Assembly (NCBI GenBank): GCA_036488815.1 | Contig: DASXGX010000040.1 | Location: 50,447-114,446, forward strand | DNA from: Roseiarcus sp. | Lineage (GTDB): Bacteria; Pseudomonadota; Alphaproteobacteria; Rhizobiales; Beijerinckiaceae | DNA length: 64,000 nucleotides | Direction of reading: 5' to 3' | Shown: piece after piece, positions 30,647 through 41,644 of the stretch | Numbering within the stretch: the stretch's first letter is position 1 | Layout: every line of letters starts with the position of its first letter | Translations under genes and position numbers: made by a program | The notes under the pieces: model-generated | The model's input: only the letters and a program-made list of their open reading frames with translations | Databases searched by the model: none | What the model was told of the DNA's origin: nothing

Positions 30647-31465
30647 TCACCCGACGAGCTTGCGGCGCGCCTCCTCATAGACGCGGCGGTCGCCGGCGGC
30701 GATGATGCGTCCGCCCTTGGCGGCGTCCTCGCCGTCCCACGTCGTCATGATTCCGCCCGCGCCCTTCACGATCGGCGCCAGCGCCACGACGTCATGCGGC
30801 TTGAGGTTGGTCTCGATCACCAGGTCGACAAAGCCGCCCGCGAGCGCGCAATACGCGTAGCAATCGCCGCCATAGCGCACGAGACGCGCCATCTCTTCGA
30901 CATGTCGATAGGCAAGCCGGTCGGCGTCGTCGCGGATGAGCGCGGGGCTCGTCGTCATCACCGTCGCCTCGGCGAGACTGGCGCAAGCGCGGGTATGAAG
31001 CCCACGCGTCGACCAGTCGCTCGGCGGCGCTTCGCCGCGCGAGGGGGCAAGGCAGCGCACGCGCGAGCGCTTCCCGTCGCCGAAATAGCGCTCGCGCGTG
31101 AAGGGCTGGGACATCATGCCGTAGACCGGCGCGCCCCGATGCATCAGCCCGATCAGAGTGCCCCAGGTCGGCAAGCCGGAAATGAAGCTCTTGGTGCCGT
31201 CGATCGGATCGAGAACCCAGACATACTCCGCGTCCGGCCGGTCCTGGCCATATTCCTCACCGATGACGCCATGGGCGGGGAAGGTCTGCGCGATCAGTCG
31301 CCGCATCGCCGCCTCGGCGCCGCGATCCGCCTCGGTGACCGGATCGAATACGCCTCCGCGCGATTTGTCCTCGGCACCCATCGCGCTGCGGAAAAAAGGA
31401 AGGATCACCTCGCTGGAAACCTGCGCGAGTCGATCGACGAAGGCGGCAAAATCCACGGCGGTCAT
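30647..31465 (-). CDS. hisN: Inositol monophosphatase-family histidinol-phosphatase (HisN-like)
   Basis: DPVTEADR, GEEYG, WVLDPIDGTKSF, GGDCYAY, LKPHD. Confidence 0.8.
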   Translation of the reverse strand: MTAVDFAAFVDRLAQVSSEVILPFFRSAMGAEDKSRGGVFDPVTEADRGAEAAMRRLIAQTFPAHGVIGEEYGQDRPDAEYVWVLDPIDGTKSFISGLPTWGTLIGLMHRGAPVYGMMSQPFTRERYFGDGKRSRVRCLAPSRGEAPPSDWSTRGLHTRACASLAEATVMTTSPALIRDDADRLAYRHVEEMARLVRYGGDCYAYCALAGGFVDLVIETNLKPHDVVALAPIVKGAGGIMTTWDGEDAAKGGRIIAAGDRRVYEEARRKLVG

Positions 31466-31676
31466 GTGAGACGCCCTGAACGGACGAACAAGACTTGCAT
31501 AGAACGCATATCAGCTATTCCTACTTATGAGAGACGATTCCAGAAATGGAGCGTTGAATCCCCTGTAAACCCCTGCATTCCGCAAGGTTCTCGCCGCCGC
31601 CCTTCTTTAGGCGCGCGAATCGCTGTTGCAGAATGGTCGCACACCGCACATTCGTTGTCTGACTACGCAGAAATAT

Positions 31677-31705
31677 CTTGCATTTGTTGCGACGCAAGGA
31701 CATAT
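31677..31705 (+). promoter_or_regulatory. Sigma70-type promoter of the sRNA, with a TGC-N3-GCA site in the spacer
   Basis: CTTGCA-N17-ACATAT; TGCGACGCA at 31688-31696. Confidence 0.5.
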
Positions 31706-31711
31706 TGTTGC

Positions 31712-31799
31712 GGTGCGGCATGACCTGCCGCATATGCCCTCCTTGGGCGTTTCCTCCCTAGACTCAAGGCCGCCGTGGCGACATGGCGGCCTCCTTTTT
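31712..31799 (+). ncRNA. mmgR: MmgR / alpha-r8 (suhB motif) small RNA
   Basis: 5' hairpin TGCGGCA-tgacc-TGCCGCA; core CCCTCCTTGGGCG-TTTCCTCCCT-AGAC; terminator AGGCCGCC...GGCGGCCT plus T-run; lies between an IMPase-family gene and N-formylglutamate amidohydrolase. Confidence 0.8.
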
Positions 31800-31837
31800 G
31801 TCTAGGTCTCCGATTCGTTTCGCGGCCTGTTGCGGCG

Positions 31838-32719
31838 TCATTCCGCCGCCAGGCGCCCCATGTCGGCAATTTGGGCCGTCAGCGCCGCAGCCGCCGCGAA
31901 CAGCGCCTCGCTCAGCCCCTCGGCGCGCTCAAGCTTCACGATGCGCCGCTCGTCCATATAAAGTGTGCGGTTGATCTCGATCTGCACCGCGTGGCGTGCG
32001 CCAGCGGGAGAGCCGTAGTGCTCGGTGATGAAACCGCCGGCGTAGGGCTTGTTGCGCCGCACGCGATAGCCGCGCTCGATCAGTGCCGATTCGAGCGCGT
32101 CGACGATCCAGCCCGCCGCGCTGGTGCCGAATCGGTCGCCCAGCACGACGTCGAGCGGGCCGCCCTCGGCGAGCGTCGAGGGCATGGAATGGCAATCGAT
32201 CAAGATCGCCAGGCCGAATCGCGCGCGCGCCCGTTCGATCAGCGCGGCGAGACGTTCGTGATACGGCCTGTGGAAAGCCGCGATTCGGCCGAGGCCGTCG
32301 GCGACGGGGATGCGCCCGCGATAGATCGGCTGCGTATCGCCGACGACGCGAGGAATCACCCCGAGCCCCGCCGCGACGCGCAGCGAGCGGGTGTTGGCGA
32401 ATGCCGGAAGGGTTCCCTCGAACATTTGCGGGTCGAGTTCAAACGGCTCCCGGTTGAGATCGAGAAAGGCGCGTGGGAAGTGCGCCCGCAGGAGCGGCGC
32501 GCCGAGCGCGACGCAGGGCAGGAACAGCTCGTCGACGAAGGCGTCTTCCGAGCGGCGCAGCGCGAGCGGATCGAGCCGGGAGGCGGCGAGGAAGCGCTTG
32601 GGATACCGCGCGCCGGAATGCGGCGAATTGAACACCAGCGGCGTGGCGAGGACGCGCGGCTCGACGATATCGAACGGCGGCTGCAGTTCCGCCTCTTCCG
32701 TCCATTCCGCTTCGGTCAT
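31838..32719 (-). CDS. N-formylglutamate amidohydrolase
   Basis: FNSPHSG, RRSED, PRAFLDLNREP, IDCHSMPS, PYAGGFIT, QIEINR. Confidence 0.9.
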   Translation of the reverse strand: MTEAEWTEEAELQPPFDIVEPRVLATPLVFNSPHSGARYPKRFLAASRLDPLALRRSEDAFVDELFLPCVALGAPLLRAHFPRAFLDLNREPFELDPQMFEGTLPAFANTRSLRVAAGLGVIPRVVGDTQPIYRGRIPVADGLGRIAAFHRPYHERLAALIERARARFGLAILIDCHSMPSTLAEGGPLDVVLGDRFGTSAAGWIVDALESALIERGYRVRRNKPYAGGFITEHYGSPAGARHAVQIEINRTLYMDERRIVKLERAEGLSEALFAAAAALTAQIADMGRLAAE

Positions 32720-32873
32720 TTCGACCCGCACTCCTCAAGCGCCCCGCCGGGCCCGGCTTTATCATAATCGCAATCGCGCCTTACCTCGAAGGGCGAGCTG
32801 CAATAAAGTTGCGCCGCCTTCACTCGATTTTTACTCGATGCAGGCGAGGATGGCGACATTTAGAGGACCCTTG

Positions 32874-33257
32874 ATGAACGCGCCGGCTGAAGTGACTCCC
32901 CGTATCCTCCTTGCCGAAGACGACGGCGACATGCGTCGTTTTCTGGTCAAGGCGCTGCAAAACGCCGGTTACAGCGTCGCTTCCTTCGACAACGGCCTTT
33001 CCGCCTACAACCGCCTGCGCGAAGAGCCGTTCGAGCTCCTTTTGACCGACATCGTCATGCCGGAAATGGACGGCATCGAACTGGCGCGGCGCGCGACCGA
33101 GCTCGATCCGGAGATCAAGGTGATGTTCATCACCGGCTTCGCCGCCGTGGCGCTCAATCCCGACAACAAGGCGCCGCGCGACGCGCGCGTTCTCTCCAAG
33201 CCCTTCCACTTGCGCGACCTCGTCAACGAGGTCCAGAGGCTGTTGCAAGCCGCTTGA
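32874..33257 (+). CDS. cpdR: Single-domain response regulator CpdR
   Basis: ILLAEDDGDMRRFL...LLTDIVMPEMDGIELARRA...MFITGFAAVAL...VLSKPFHL. Confidence 0.93.
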   Translation: MNAPAEVTPRILLAEDDGDMRRFLVKALQNAGYSVASFDNGLSAYNRLREEPFELLLTDIVMPEMDGIELARRATELDPEIKVMFITGFAAVALNPDNKAPRDARVLSKPFHLRDLVNEVQRLLQAA

Positions 33258-33389
33258 GTCGCCCCGCGGCCTGACGCGAGCCTGCGCATCCGCTATGATG
33301 GGGCGGCCGGCGACGCGTCTTCCACATCTGGATCGCGGCCGGCGGCTCGCCCGCAGCCGGATATGCAAGCGGTCCAGGCGGAGGCTCGA

Positions 33390-34913
33390 ATGTCCACTGT
33401 CCGTCGCTTCCTCCTGGCTGTCGCGGCGGCGTCCGCCCTCGCTTCGGCGCCGCTCGGCGCCGCTTTTGCGCAGGAGCGACCGGCCGCAACGCACGAGGCC
33501 AAGCCGCAGCCGCCCGCTGGCCCTTCTCTCCCCGCCGATGTTACGTCCGCATTCACCCTGAGTCTCGGCGGCCGCGCGCTCTCCTTCAAGGCGACCGCCG
33601 GCTCCATCCGGCTGAGCGACGACAATGGCGCCTTGCAGGCGGAGGTCGCCTATGTCGCCTACCGGCTCGATGGCGCCGACGCCGCCAAGCGGCCGGTGAC
33701 CTTCGCCATCAACGGCGGACCCGGCGCCGCGTCGGCCTGGCTGCAGCTTGGCGCGATCGGGCCGTGGCGACTGCCGATGCAGGGCCTTTCGCCTTCGACG
33801 CCGCCAGTCCTCGTCGACAATGCGGAGACCTGGCTCGATTTCACCGATCTCGTCTTCGTCGACCCGCCCGGAACCGGTTACAGCAAGATCGTCGGCGGCG
33901 AAGACGCAAAGAAGCGGTTCTGGTCGGTCGATGGCGACATCGACGCGCTGAGCGCCGTCATTCGCCGTTGGCTGGTCGCCAACGAGCGGCTGATATCGCC
34001 GAAATTCATCGTCGGCGAGAGCTACGGCGGCTTTCGCGGCCCTCACCTGGCCGAGCGTCTGGCCTCCAACGACGGCGTCGGAGTGAGCGGCCTCGTGCTC
34101 ATCTCGCCCGTGCTGGATTTCGGCGCCTACGAGGACCAGCCGAACAATCCGTTTCCGCTTCTGACCCGCTTGCCCTCTTATGCAGCGGCCTATCGGGAAA
34201 AGAGCGGGCCCGTCACGCGCGCGGACCTCGCCGACGTCGAACGTTATGCGGTGGGGGACTATCTCGCCGATTGGCTGCGCGGCCCGCGCGATCAGGCCGC
34301 GGTCGAGCGCCGCGAACAGCGCGTCGCCGCCTTGACCGGCCTGGACCCCGCGACCGTCCGCCGGTTCGGCGGCGCGATCGACAAGGACGAATTTCTCCAC
34401 GAGTTCGAACGATCGCAAGGCAAGGTCGCCGCCTTCTACGATGCAACCATCACGGCCTATGACCCCTTCCCGGCCGCCGATCGGAGCCACGCGCTCGATC
34501 CGGTCCTGCCCGGATTCCAAGGTCCCTTCACCAGCGCCATCGCCGACCTCTACGCCCGGAAGCTCGGCTGGAAGATCGAAGACCGCTACGAACTGCTGAA
34601 CGACGCGGTCGATCGCGCGTGGAACTGGGGTTCGCGCCTGAGCCCCCCGGAATCCATCACCGCGCTGCGGCGGATGCTCGCGCTCGACCCGCATTTCCGC
34701 GTCCTTGTCAGCCATGGGCTGACCGACGTGCAGACGCCGTACATGGCCACCCAGCTCCAGCTCGATCAGATTCCGGACTATGGCCCTCCGGGCCGTCTGG
34801 TGCTGAAGGTCTATGCGGGCGGGCATATGCACTATAGCCGCGACGATACGCGTAAAGCCTTGCACGACGACGCGCGGCGCCTCCTCGAAGGTCCCTCCGG
34901 CGTGGGGCCGTAA
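33390..34913 (+). CDS. Secreted S10-family serine carboxypeptidase
   Basis: Signal peptide; NGGPGAAS, DPPGTGYS, GESYGG, AGGHMH. Confidence 0.9.
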   Translation: MSTVRRFLLAVAAASALASAPLGAAFAQERPAATHEAKPQPPAGPSLPADVTSAFTLSLGGRALSFKATAGSIRLSDDNGALQAEVAYVAYRLDGADAAKRPVTFAINGGPGAASAWLQLGAIGPWRLPMQGLSPSTPPVLVDNAETWLDFTDLVFVDPPGTGYSKIVGGEDAKKRFWSVDGDIDALSAVIRRWLVANERLISPKFIVGESYGGFRGPHLAERLASNDGVGVSGLVLISPVLDFGAYEDQPNNPFPLLTRLPSYAAAYREKSGPVTRADLADVERYAVGDYLADWLRGPRDQAAVERREQRVAALTGLDPATVRRFGGAIDKDEFLHEFERSQGKVAAFYDATITAYDPFPAADRSHALDPVLPGFQGPFTSAIADLYARKLGWKIEDRYELLNDAVDRAWNWGSRLSPPESITALRRMLALDPHFRVLVSHGLTDVQTPYMATQLQLDQIPDYGPPGRLVLKVYAGGHMHYSRDDTRKALHDDARRLLEGPSGVGP

Positions 34914-34964
34914 ACCAAACTCGAAAAAGCTGCCTCGCCCCGGCCTTTTTCTCCAGCCATGCCT

Positions 34965-34993
34965 CTTGACGGGCTTTCCGGCGCCCCCTATCT
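34965..34993 (+). promoter_or_regulatory. RpoH-like promoter of groESL
   Basis: CTTGAC-N16-CCTATCT directly upstream of CIRCE. Confidence 0.6.
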
Positions 34994-35004
34994 CGGCGTC
35001 TCCG

Positions 35005-35031
35005 TTAGCACTCTGCTGAGGCGAGTGCCAA
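35005..35031. promoter_or_regulatory. CIRCE element (HrcA operator)
   Basis: TTAGCACTC-N9-GAGTGCCAA, one mismatch from consensus. Confidence 0.95.
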
Positions 35032-35099
35032 TGGATAGGGAGCCTCAATCCGGCCCGCCGATCAGCGCGCGGGCGAACTCGAGATAGGAAGCTGATCTC

Positions 35100-35387
35100 A
35101 TGAAATTCCGTCCCCTGCATGACCGCGTCGTCGTTCGCCGCCTCGAAGGCGAAGAGAAGACGAAGGGCGGCATCATCATCCCGGACACCGCCAAGGAGAA
35201 GCCGCAAGAAGGCGAGATCGTCGCCGTCGGGCCTGGCGGCCGCGACGAGAGCGGCAAGCTCACCCCGCTCGACGTCAAGGCGGGCGACAAAGTGCTGTTC
35301 GGCAAGTGGAGCGGCACCGAAGTCAAGATCGACGGTCAGGACCTTCTGATCATGAAGGAATCCGACATCATGGGCGTGATCGCCTAA
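35100..35387 (+). CDS. groES: Co-chaperonin GroES
   Basis: [28 protein letters not shown]. Confidence 0.99.
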   Translation: MKFRPLHDRVVVRRLEGEEKTKGGIIIPDTAKEKPQEGEIVAVGPGGRDESGKLTPLDVKAGDKVLFGKWSGTEVKIDGQDLLIMKESDIMGVIA

Positions 35388-35412
35388 TCCGGATTCTTCG
35401 CTAGCTATTTAA

Positions 35413-37080
<1,668 letters not shown>

Positions 37081-37103
37081 TCGCTTCGATCAGAACATTC
37101 CGA

Positions 37104-37132
37104 GGGGAGGCCTCCCGGCCTCCCCTTTTTCT
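37104..37132 (+). terminator. Rho-independent terminator of groESL
   Basis: GGGGAGGC stem / GCCTCCCC followed by a T-run. Confidence 0.85.
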
Positions 37133-37177
37133 TTGGCAGTTCGGGGGCGGGAGCTTGCTTCTGGCCGACGCGGGGCT

Positions 37178-37259
37178 GCCATTCCCCGCGAAAGCGGGCC
37201 AGACAACCGCCGCAGGCCATCGCGGTTGGCGCCTGGGATGCCCGCTTTCGCGCGGATGA
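37178..37259. repeat. REP-like inverted pair
   Basis: GCCATTCCCCGCGAAAGCGGG ... CCCGCTTTCGCGCGGATGA. Confidence 0.65.
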
Positions 37260-37437
37260 GACCAGGCCGAGGCCCTGGCGTCGACGCAAAGACGCCCGCT
37301 TCTGCATTTTCGCCGCCTCGGGCGAGCGCATTGCGAAGATTTCATGCTCCGAATCCGCCAGCGGCCTTCTTTTGCCACGAACGGTCTGCTAGTGCGCAAG
37401 GATCGTAACCGCCGTACAACTCCGGTTTTTGTTCCCC

Positions 37438-39531
37438 ATGCGAACCCTGAGCCTCGCAGTCGCCGTATTCGCGTTCGCCGCCTTCTTCGTGGGGCTGCGA
37501 AGTCCCGACGTCGGCGTATTCCTGTTCTCCGGGGCGGCGTTGCTGTGCGCCGGCGCGACATATCTGTCGCAGCGCATTTCGGTGTTCCTGCGCATCTTCG
37601 AGGCGATTTTCGCCGTCGAGACGATCCTGTTCGGAACTGCCTATCTCGCCGACCAACTCGGCTTTTGGCCTTCGGCCTATGCGGATTATGCGCTGCCGTC
37701 CTCGCTGCCGCTGACAGTCGCCCTGTTCGGCTCCTTCGCCTATGCCGTCTCCTTCATCCCCGTGATCCGAAGGATGACCAACATCGCGGATCCCTATTTC
37801 CACGAGCGCGCGCCGACGGTCGCGCGCATTTGGCCGTTCCGCTCGTTCACGGTCGCGCAAAACCATCTCGCGACCGCCGCGTTGGTGTTCCTGATCGTCA
37901 TCAATCAGATCGAAGTCGCCCTCGACGTGCGCTTGTCCTTCTTCAGCCGCGACTTCTACAACGCCCTGCAAGAGAAGAACCTACCTGAGTTTTGGCACCA
38001 GCTCTTCGTGGTCTTCCTGCCTTTTGCGTCAATCCTGATCGCCAGCCTCGTCGTCGAATACGTCGTCACCTCGACCTTCGTGATCCGTTGGCGGCGCTGG
38101 CTGACCGCCCGCTACATCGGCAGATGGCTCGGCGGCGGCGCGCATTATCCGATGGCGCTCGCCGGCAGCCCGGCCGACAACCCGGACCAGCGCATCAGCG
38201 AGGACATTTACGGCTTCATTTACGGCGGCGGGGCCGGAACGGGTCTTTACGGCTATTCCGTCACGGTGCTGCAAACCCTGACGTCGCTGGTCTCCTACGC
38301 GATCGTGCTGTGGGCGCTGTCGGCGAGCTTCACCTTCCCGGGCACCGCCCTCGTCGTCCCCGGCCTGTTGTTCTGGATCGCCCTCGTCTACGCGGCGGTG
38401 GGCACCGCCATCACGCATCTCATCGGCCGGTCGCTCATCCGCCTGAACTTCCAGCAGCAACAATTCGAAGCGAACTTCCGCTTCGGCCTCGCGCGCTTAC
38501 GCGAATACAGCGAACAGATCGCGCTGCTGCGCGGCGAGCCGGTCGAGGGCGCTGAGGCGATGGGCCGCTTCGAGGATATTTACGACAACTACATGCGCAT
38601 TGTGCACGTGCGAAAGCGCTTGCGCGTCTTCACCAGCGCCTACGACCAGATCAGCCAGTATTTCCCGATCATTATCGGCGCGCCCTTCTATTTCGCCGGC
38701 AAGATTCAGCTCGGCTCGCTGGTGCAGGTCGCGCGCGCGTTCGGCAACGTCAACACTTCGCTCAACTTCTTCGTCTCGCAATACGTCGGCCTTGCCGACT
38801 TCAAGGCGGTCCTCGATCGTCTGACCTCGTTCGACGAGGCGATCGGGCGCGCCCAGCACGTCATCTCGCACGAGCACGGCGTCCATCTCACCGCTTCGGA
38901 GTCTGGCGACCTTTCGATCGACGACCTCGAACTCGGTTTGCCGGACGGGCGCCGACTGGCGCGCATCGAGACCTTCGCCTTCGCGGCCGACGAACCCACG
39001 CTGCTGGTGGGGCCGTCCGGCGCCGGCAAATCGACGCTGCTGCGCGCCGTCGCCGGCGTTTGGCCGTACGGCTCCGGCACGATCGCCAAGCCGAAGGCGA
39101 GCATCATGCTGCTGCCGCAGCGGCCCTACATCCCGATCGGGGCGCTGCGCGAGGCGATCGCCTACCCGACCCCGAGCGAGTCCGTGCCCGACGAAGCCAT
39201 TCGGGACGCGTTGGCGAAGGTCGGTCTGCCGGCGCTGATCGACCGGCTCGACGAGCACGACAATTGGCAGATGCGGCTTTCGGGCGGCGAACAGCAGCGT
39301 CTCGCGGTCGCCCGCGCGCTGCTGGCGGCGCCCGACTGGCTGTTTCTCGACGAAGCAACGTCGGCGCTCGACGAGGTGAGCGAAGCGCAGGTCTACCGCG
39401 CCATCGCCCAGACCTTGCCGCGCACGACGCTCGTCTCGATCGGCCACCGCTCGACGCTCGGGGCGTTTCACAGACGCCGCGTCGCGCTCACGCCGCATGT
39501 CGGCGCGCCGGCGACGATGGCCGCCGAGTGA
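37438..39531 (+). CDS. Fused permease/ATPase ABC transporter, YddA/SbmA-BacA-like
   Basis: RWRRWLT, DNPDQRISED, EANFRFGLARLREYSEQIA, GPSGAGKST, LSGGEQQR, LDEATSALD. Confidence 0.88.
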   Translation: MRTLSLAVAVFAFAAFFVGLRSPDVGVFLFSGAALLCAGATYLSQRISVFLRIFEAIFAVETILFGTAYLADQLGFWPSAYADYALPSSLPLTVALFGSFAYAVSFIPVIRRMTNIADPYFHERAPTVARIWPFRSFTVAQNHLATAALVFLIVINQIEVALDVRLSFFSRDFYNALQEKNLPEFWHQLFVVFLPFASILIASLVVEYVVTSTFVIRWRRWLTARYIGRWLGGGAHYPMALAGSPADNPDQRISEDIYGFIYGGGAGTGLYGYSVTVLQTLTSLVSYAIVLWALSASFTFPGTALVVPGLLFWIALVYAAVGTAITHLIGRSLIRLNFQQQQFEANFRFGLARLREYSEQIALLRGEPVEGAEAMGRFEDIYDNYMRIVHVRKRLRVFTSAYDQISQYFPIIIGAPFYFAGKIQLGSLVQVARAFGNVNTSLNFFVSQYVGLADFKAVLDRLTSFDEAIGRAQHVISHEHGVHLTASESGDLSIDDLELGLPDGRRLARIETFAFAADEPTLLVGPSGAGKSTLLRAVAGVWPYGSGTIAKPKASIMLLPQRPYIPIGALREAIAYPTPSESVPDEAIRDALAKVGLPALIDRLDEHDNWQMRLSGGEQQRLAVARALLAAPDWLFLDEATSALDEVSEAQVYRAIAQTLPRTTLVSIGHRSTLGAFHRRRVALTPHVGAPATMAAE

Positions 39532-39534
39532 GGT

Positions 39535-39993
39535 TCAGAGCGAGCGGACGAGCCGCAGCGAGCCGCGCGTGCCCTTGATCACGAGATCGCCGTTGACGAG
39601 GTCCCACGAGGGCTGGTTCAGCAGCGCCGACAGGAAGCTGAACTCGATCGCCATGGTGTCCTTGTCGCACTGCTTCTTGGTCAGGGCGTAGGGGCCGACC
39701 AGCAGATGCTGGTCCTTGATCGGATACATCGTCGCCGACCACGTATTGCAGCCGGTGAAGCCCGAGCCGCGCAAGGCGCCGTCGATCTTGAGGCTCACGT
39801 CGAGCGCCGACGGCACCGGCTTGCCGTTGAGCTCACGCAGCGACCAAGTCTCGTCGAGCGGGAAATTCTTCTGCTGCGGCGGCAGCGGCTTTGGCGCCGC
39901 AGGCGTGTCCGTGTCGCGCATCTGCGCCTGCGCCGCGCAGATCGCGCCGAGCGCGGCCGCAACGATCGCCATTCGCGAAATAAGGCGTTTCAT
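39535..39993 (-). CDS. Secreted META-domain (HslJ-like) protein
   Basis: Signal peptide; WSLRELNG, GSGFTGCNTWSA, TKKQC. Confidence 0.8.
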   Translation of the reverse strand: MKRLISRMAIVAAALGAICAAQAQMRDTDTPAAPKPLPPQQKNFPLDETWSLRELNGKPVPSALDVSLKIDGALRGSGFTGCNTWSATMYPIKDQHLLVGPYALTKKQCDKDTMAIEFSFLSALLNQPSWDLVNGDLVIKGTRGSLRLVRSL

Positions 39994-40120
39994 CGATTCG
40001 TTCCTTGCGTTGCGCGGGACCACATCCGCCGGCCGGATATACCCAGCGGCCCGACCCCGCGCAATCCGAGCGATAGGGCCGGATCGCAGCAATTTTGCGA
40101 CCTTAGGCGACGATCCACCC

Positions 40121-40148
40121 CTTGCGTGTAAGCGCGCCGATCCCAAAT
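40121..40148 (+). promoter_or_regulatory. RpoH-like promoter of ibpA
   Basis: CTTGCG-N15-CCCAAAT. Confidence 0.5.
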
Positions 40149-40154
40149 GAAGTG

Positions 40155-40241
40155 TCGCGCGGGCCCGATGGGACGCGCATTTCGCCGGCGCCGCCAATCG
40201 GGGCGCAGGCGGTCATGTCGCTTCCAATGGAGGATGTGAAT
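40155..40241 (+). promoter_or_regulatory. ROSE-like RNA thermometer in the ibpA 5' UTR
   Basis: 3' hairpin 40213-40239 pairs UCGCU (bulged G) with the SD AGGA; two further hairpins upstream. Confidence 0.7.
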
Positions 40242-40718
40242 ATGCTGAATTATGATCTGTCCCCGTTCTATCGCTCGACGATTGGTTTCGATCGGTTGCT
40301 GTCGCTGCTCGACAAGAGCACCGGTCTCGATGCGAGCGCGCCGACCTATCCCCCCTACAATATCGAGCGTATGGGCGAGAACGCCTATCGCATCACGCTG
40401 GCGGTCGCCGGCTTCGGGGAGAACGAACTCTCCGTCGAGACCCGCGAAAACACCCTCACCGTGCGCGGCGCGAAGGAGGTCCAGCAGAAGAACGACGAGA
40501 AGCGCGACCTGCTCTACCAGGGCATCGCCGCCCGCGCCTTCGAGCGTCGCTTCCATCTTGCCGACCACGTGACGGCGACGGCCGCGAGCTGCGAGAACGG
40601 CTTGCTGCACATCGATCTCGTGCGCGAGGTCCCCGAGGCGCAGAAGCCGCGCGTCATCGCGATCCAGACTGCGGGCAAGACGATCGACGTTACGCCGTCC
40701 GCCAAACAGGCGGCCTAA
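40242..40718 (+). CDS. ibpA: Small heat-shock protein, IbpA class
   Basis: DLSPFYRSTIGFDR, YPPYNIE, YRITLAVAGF, YQGIAARAFERRF, NGLLHIDL. Confidence 0.93.
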   Translation: MLNYDLSPFYRSTIGFDRLLSLLDKSTGLDASAPTYPPYNIERMGENAYRITLAVAGFGENELSVETRENTLTVRGAKEVQQKNDEKRDLLYQGIAARAFERRFHLADHVTATAASCENGLLHIDLVREVPEAQKPRVIAIQTAGKTIDVTPSAKQAA

Positions 40719-40752
40719 CCAACCCGCGCCGCAGCGCGCGGCTCGAATAGCG

Positions 40753-40780
40753 AAGGGCGCCTCTCGGGGCGCCCTTTTTT
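40753..40780. terminator. Terminator hairpin between convergent genes
   Basis: AAGGGCGCC-tctcg-GGCGCCCTT followed by Ts. Confidence 0.75.
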
Positions 40781-41610
40781 CAGTCCAGCGGCGTGACCGG
40801 CAGATCGTTGACCGGCTTCGTCTTCGACGCCGGCTTGGCGTCTGTCACCTCCGCGCGCGGCGGGGCCTTGGCGGCGCCGGGAAGCATCGAAGCCCCGTCG
40901 GACTTGGCGGTCACGGTCGGGCTCGCCGCGGCCGCCGCTGCGGCTGGCGGTTCGCTCTTGGCCGGATGAGGCGCGGCGGAAGCGGCTGGCGAAGCCGCCG
41001 TCGCGGCCGGAGCGGTCGCCGCAGCGCCCGCAGAGGCCTCGGTGTGCGCCGAAGCTGGCGCCCTGGCGAGCGGAGCGCTCTTGTGCCTGGCCTCGTGCGG
41101 CTTCGGCTTTGGGCCGTCGGCGGTATCGCCCAGGCCGGTAGAAGTCGTCCGCGGCGCCCCGGTGCCCAGCGCAGGATCCTCCTGACGAGCGAACTCGTCG
41201 CGAGGCGGCGGCTGGTCGACGTCGGCGGGCGGGCGCGAATCCGGGCCCCACACGCTCTCTTCGGAATCCATCTCACGCGGCGCGTCGCGCCAGCGCGCCG
41301 GCTGCATCCGGTAGCGTTCAATGATGCGACCCGTGTGTGCGTCGATCACGAGGCGCTGCTGGTCGCGTCCGCCAGCGGTGACGACATCGGCGAGCCAAAC
41401 GCCGCCTCGCTGCTTCAGCGGGCCAGTCAGAGCGTAGCCGGACCTGTCGAGCCGACGCTCGATGTCATAGGGAGAAGGCGCGGAGGGCGCGAAGAACGAG
41501 AACAGACCCTGCGCCCGCGCGGCTGGCGCGAGCGCGAGAAGCGCTGCGACCGCCGTCGCGAATTGGATGGATCGTCTCCGCCGCCGTGCGGCGCTCTGAT
41601 GCTCGAGCAT
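40780..41610 (-). CDS. Exported hypothetical protein with long Pro/Ala-rich tail
   Basis: Signal-like N-terminus, a small PepSY-like segment (RLVIDAHTGRII), conserved-looking C-terminus VNDLPVTPLD. Confidence 0.6.
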   Translation of the reverse strand: MLEHQSAARRRRRSIQFATAVAALLALAPAARAQGLFSFFAPSAPSPYDIERRLDRSGYALTGPLKQRGGVWLADVVTAGGRDQQRLVIDAHTGRIIERYRMQPARWRDAPREMDSEESVWGPDSRPPADVDQPPPRDEFARQEDPALGTGAPRTTSTGLGDTADGPKPKPHEARHKSAPLARAPASAHTEASAGAAATAPAATAASPAASAAPHPAKSEPPAAAAAAASPTVTAKSDGASMLPGAAKAPPRAEVTDAKPASKTKPVNDLPVTPLD

Positions 41611-41644
41611 GGTCCTACTCCTCGTCGCAGCCTTATATTGTGCG

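Noticed and set aside
33258-33389. Possible tRNA downstream of cpdR
   Set aside because: No cloverleaf or T-loop (GTTCGA-type) pattern found.
32820-35207. 795-aa minus-strand ORF
   Set aside because: Antisense to cpdR, the S10 peptidase and groES; no motifs.
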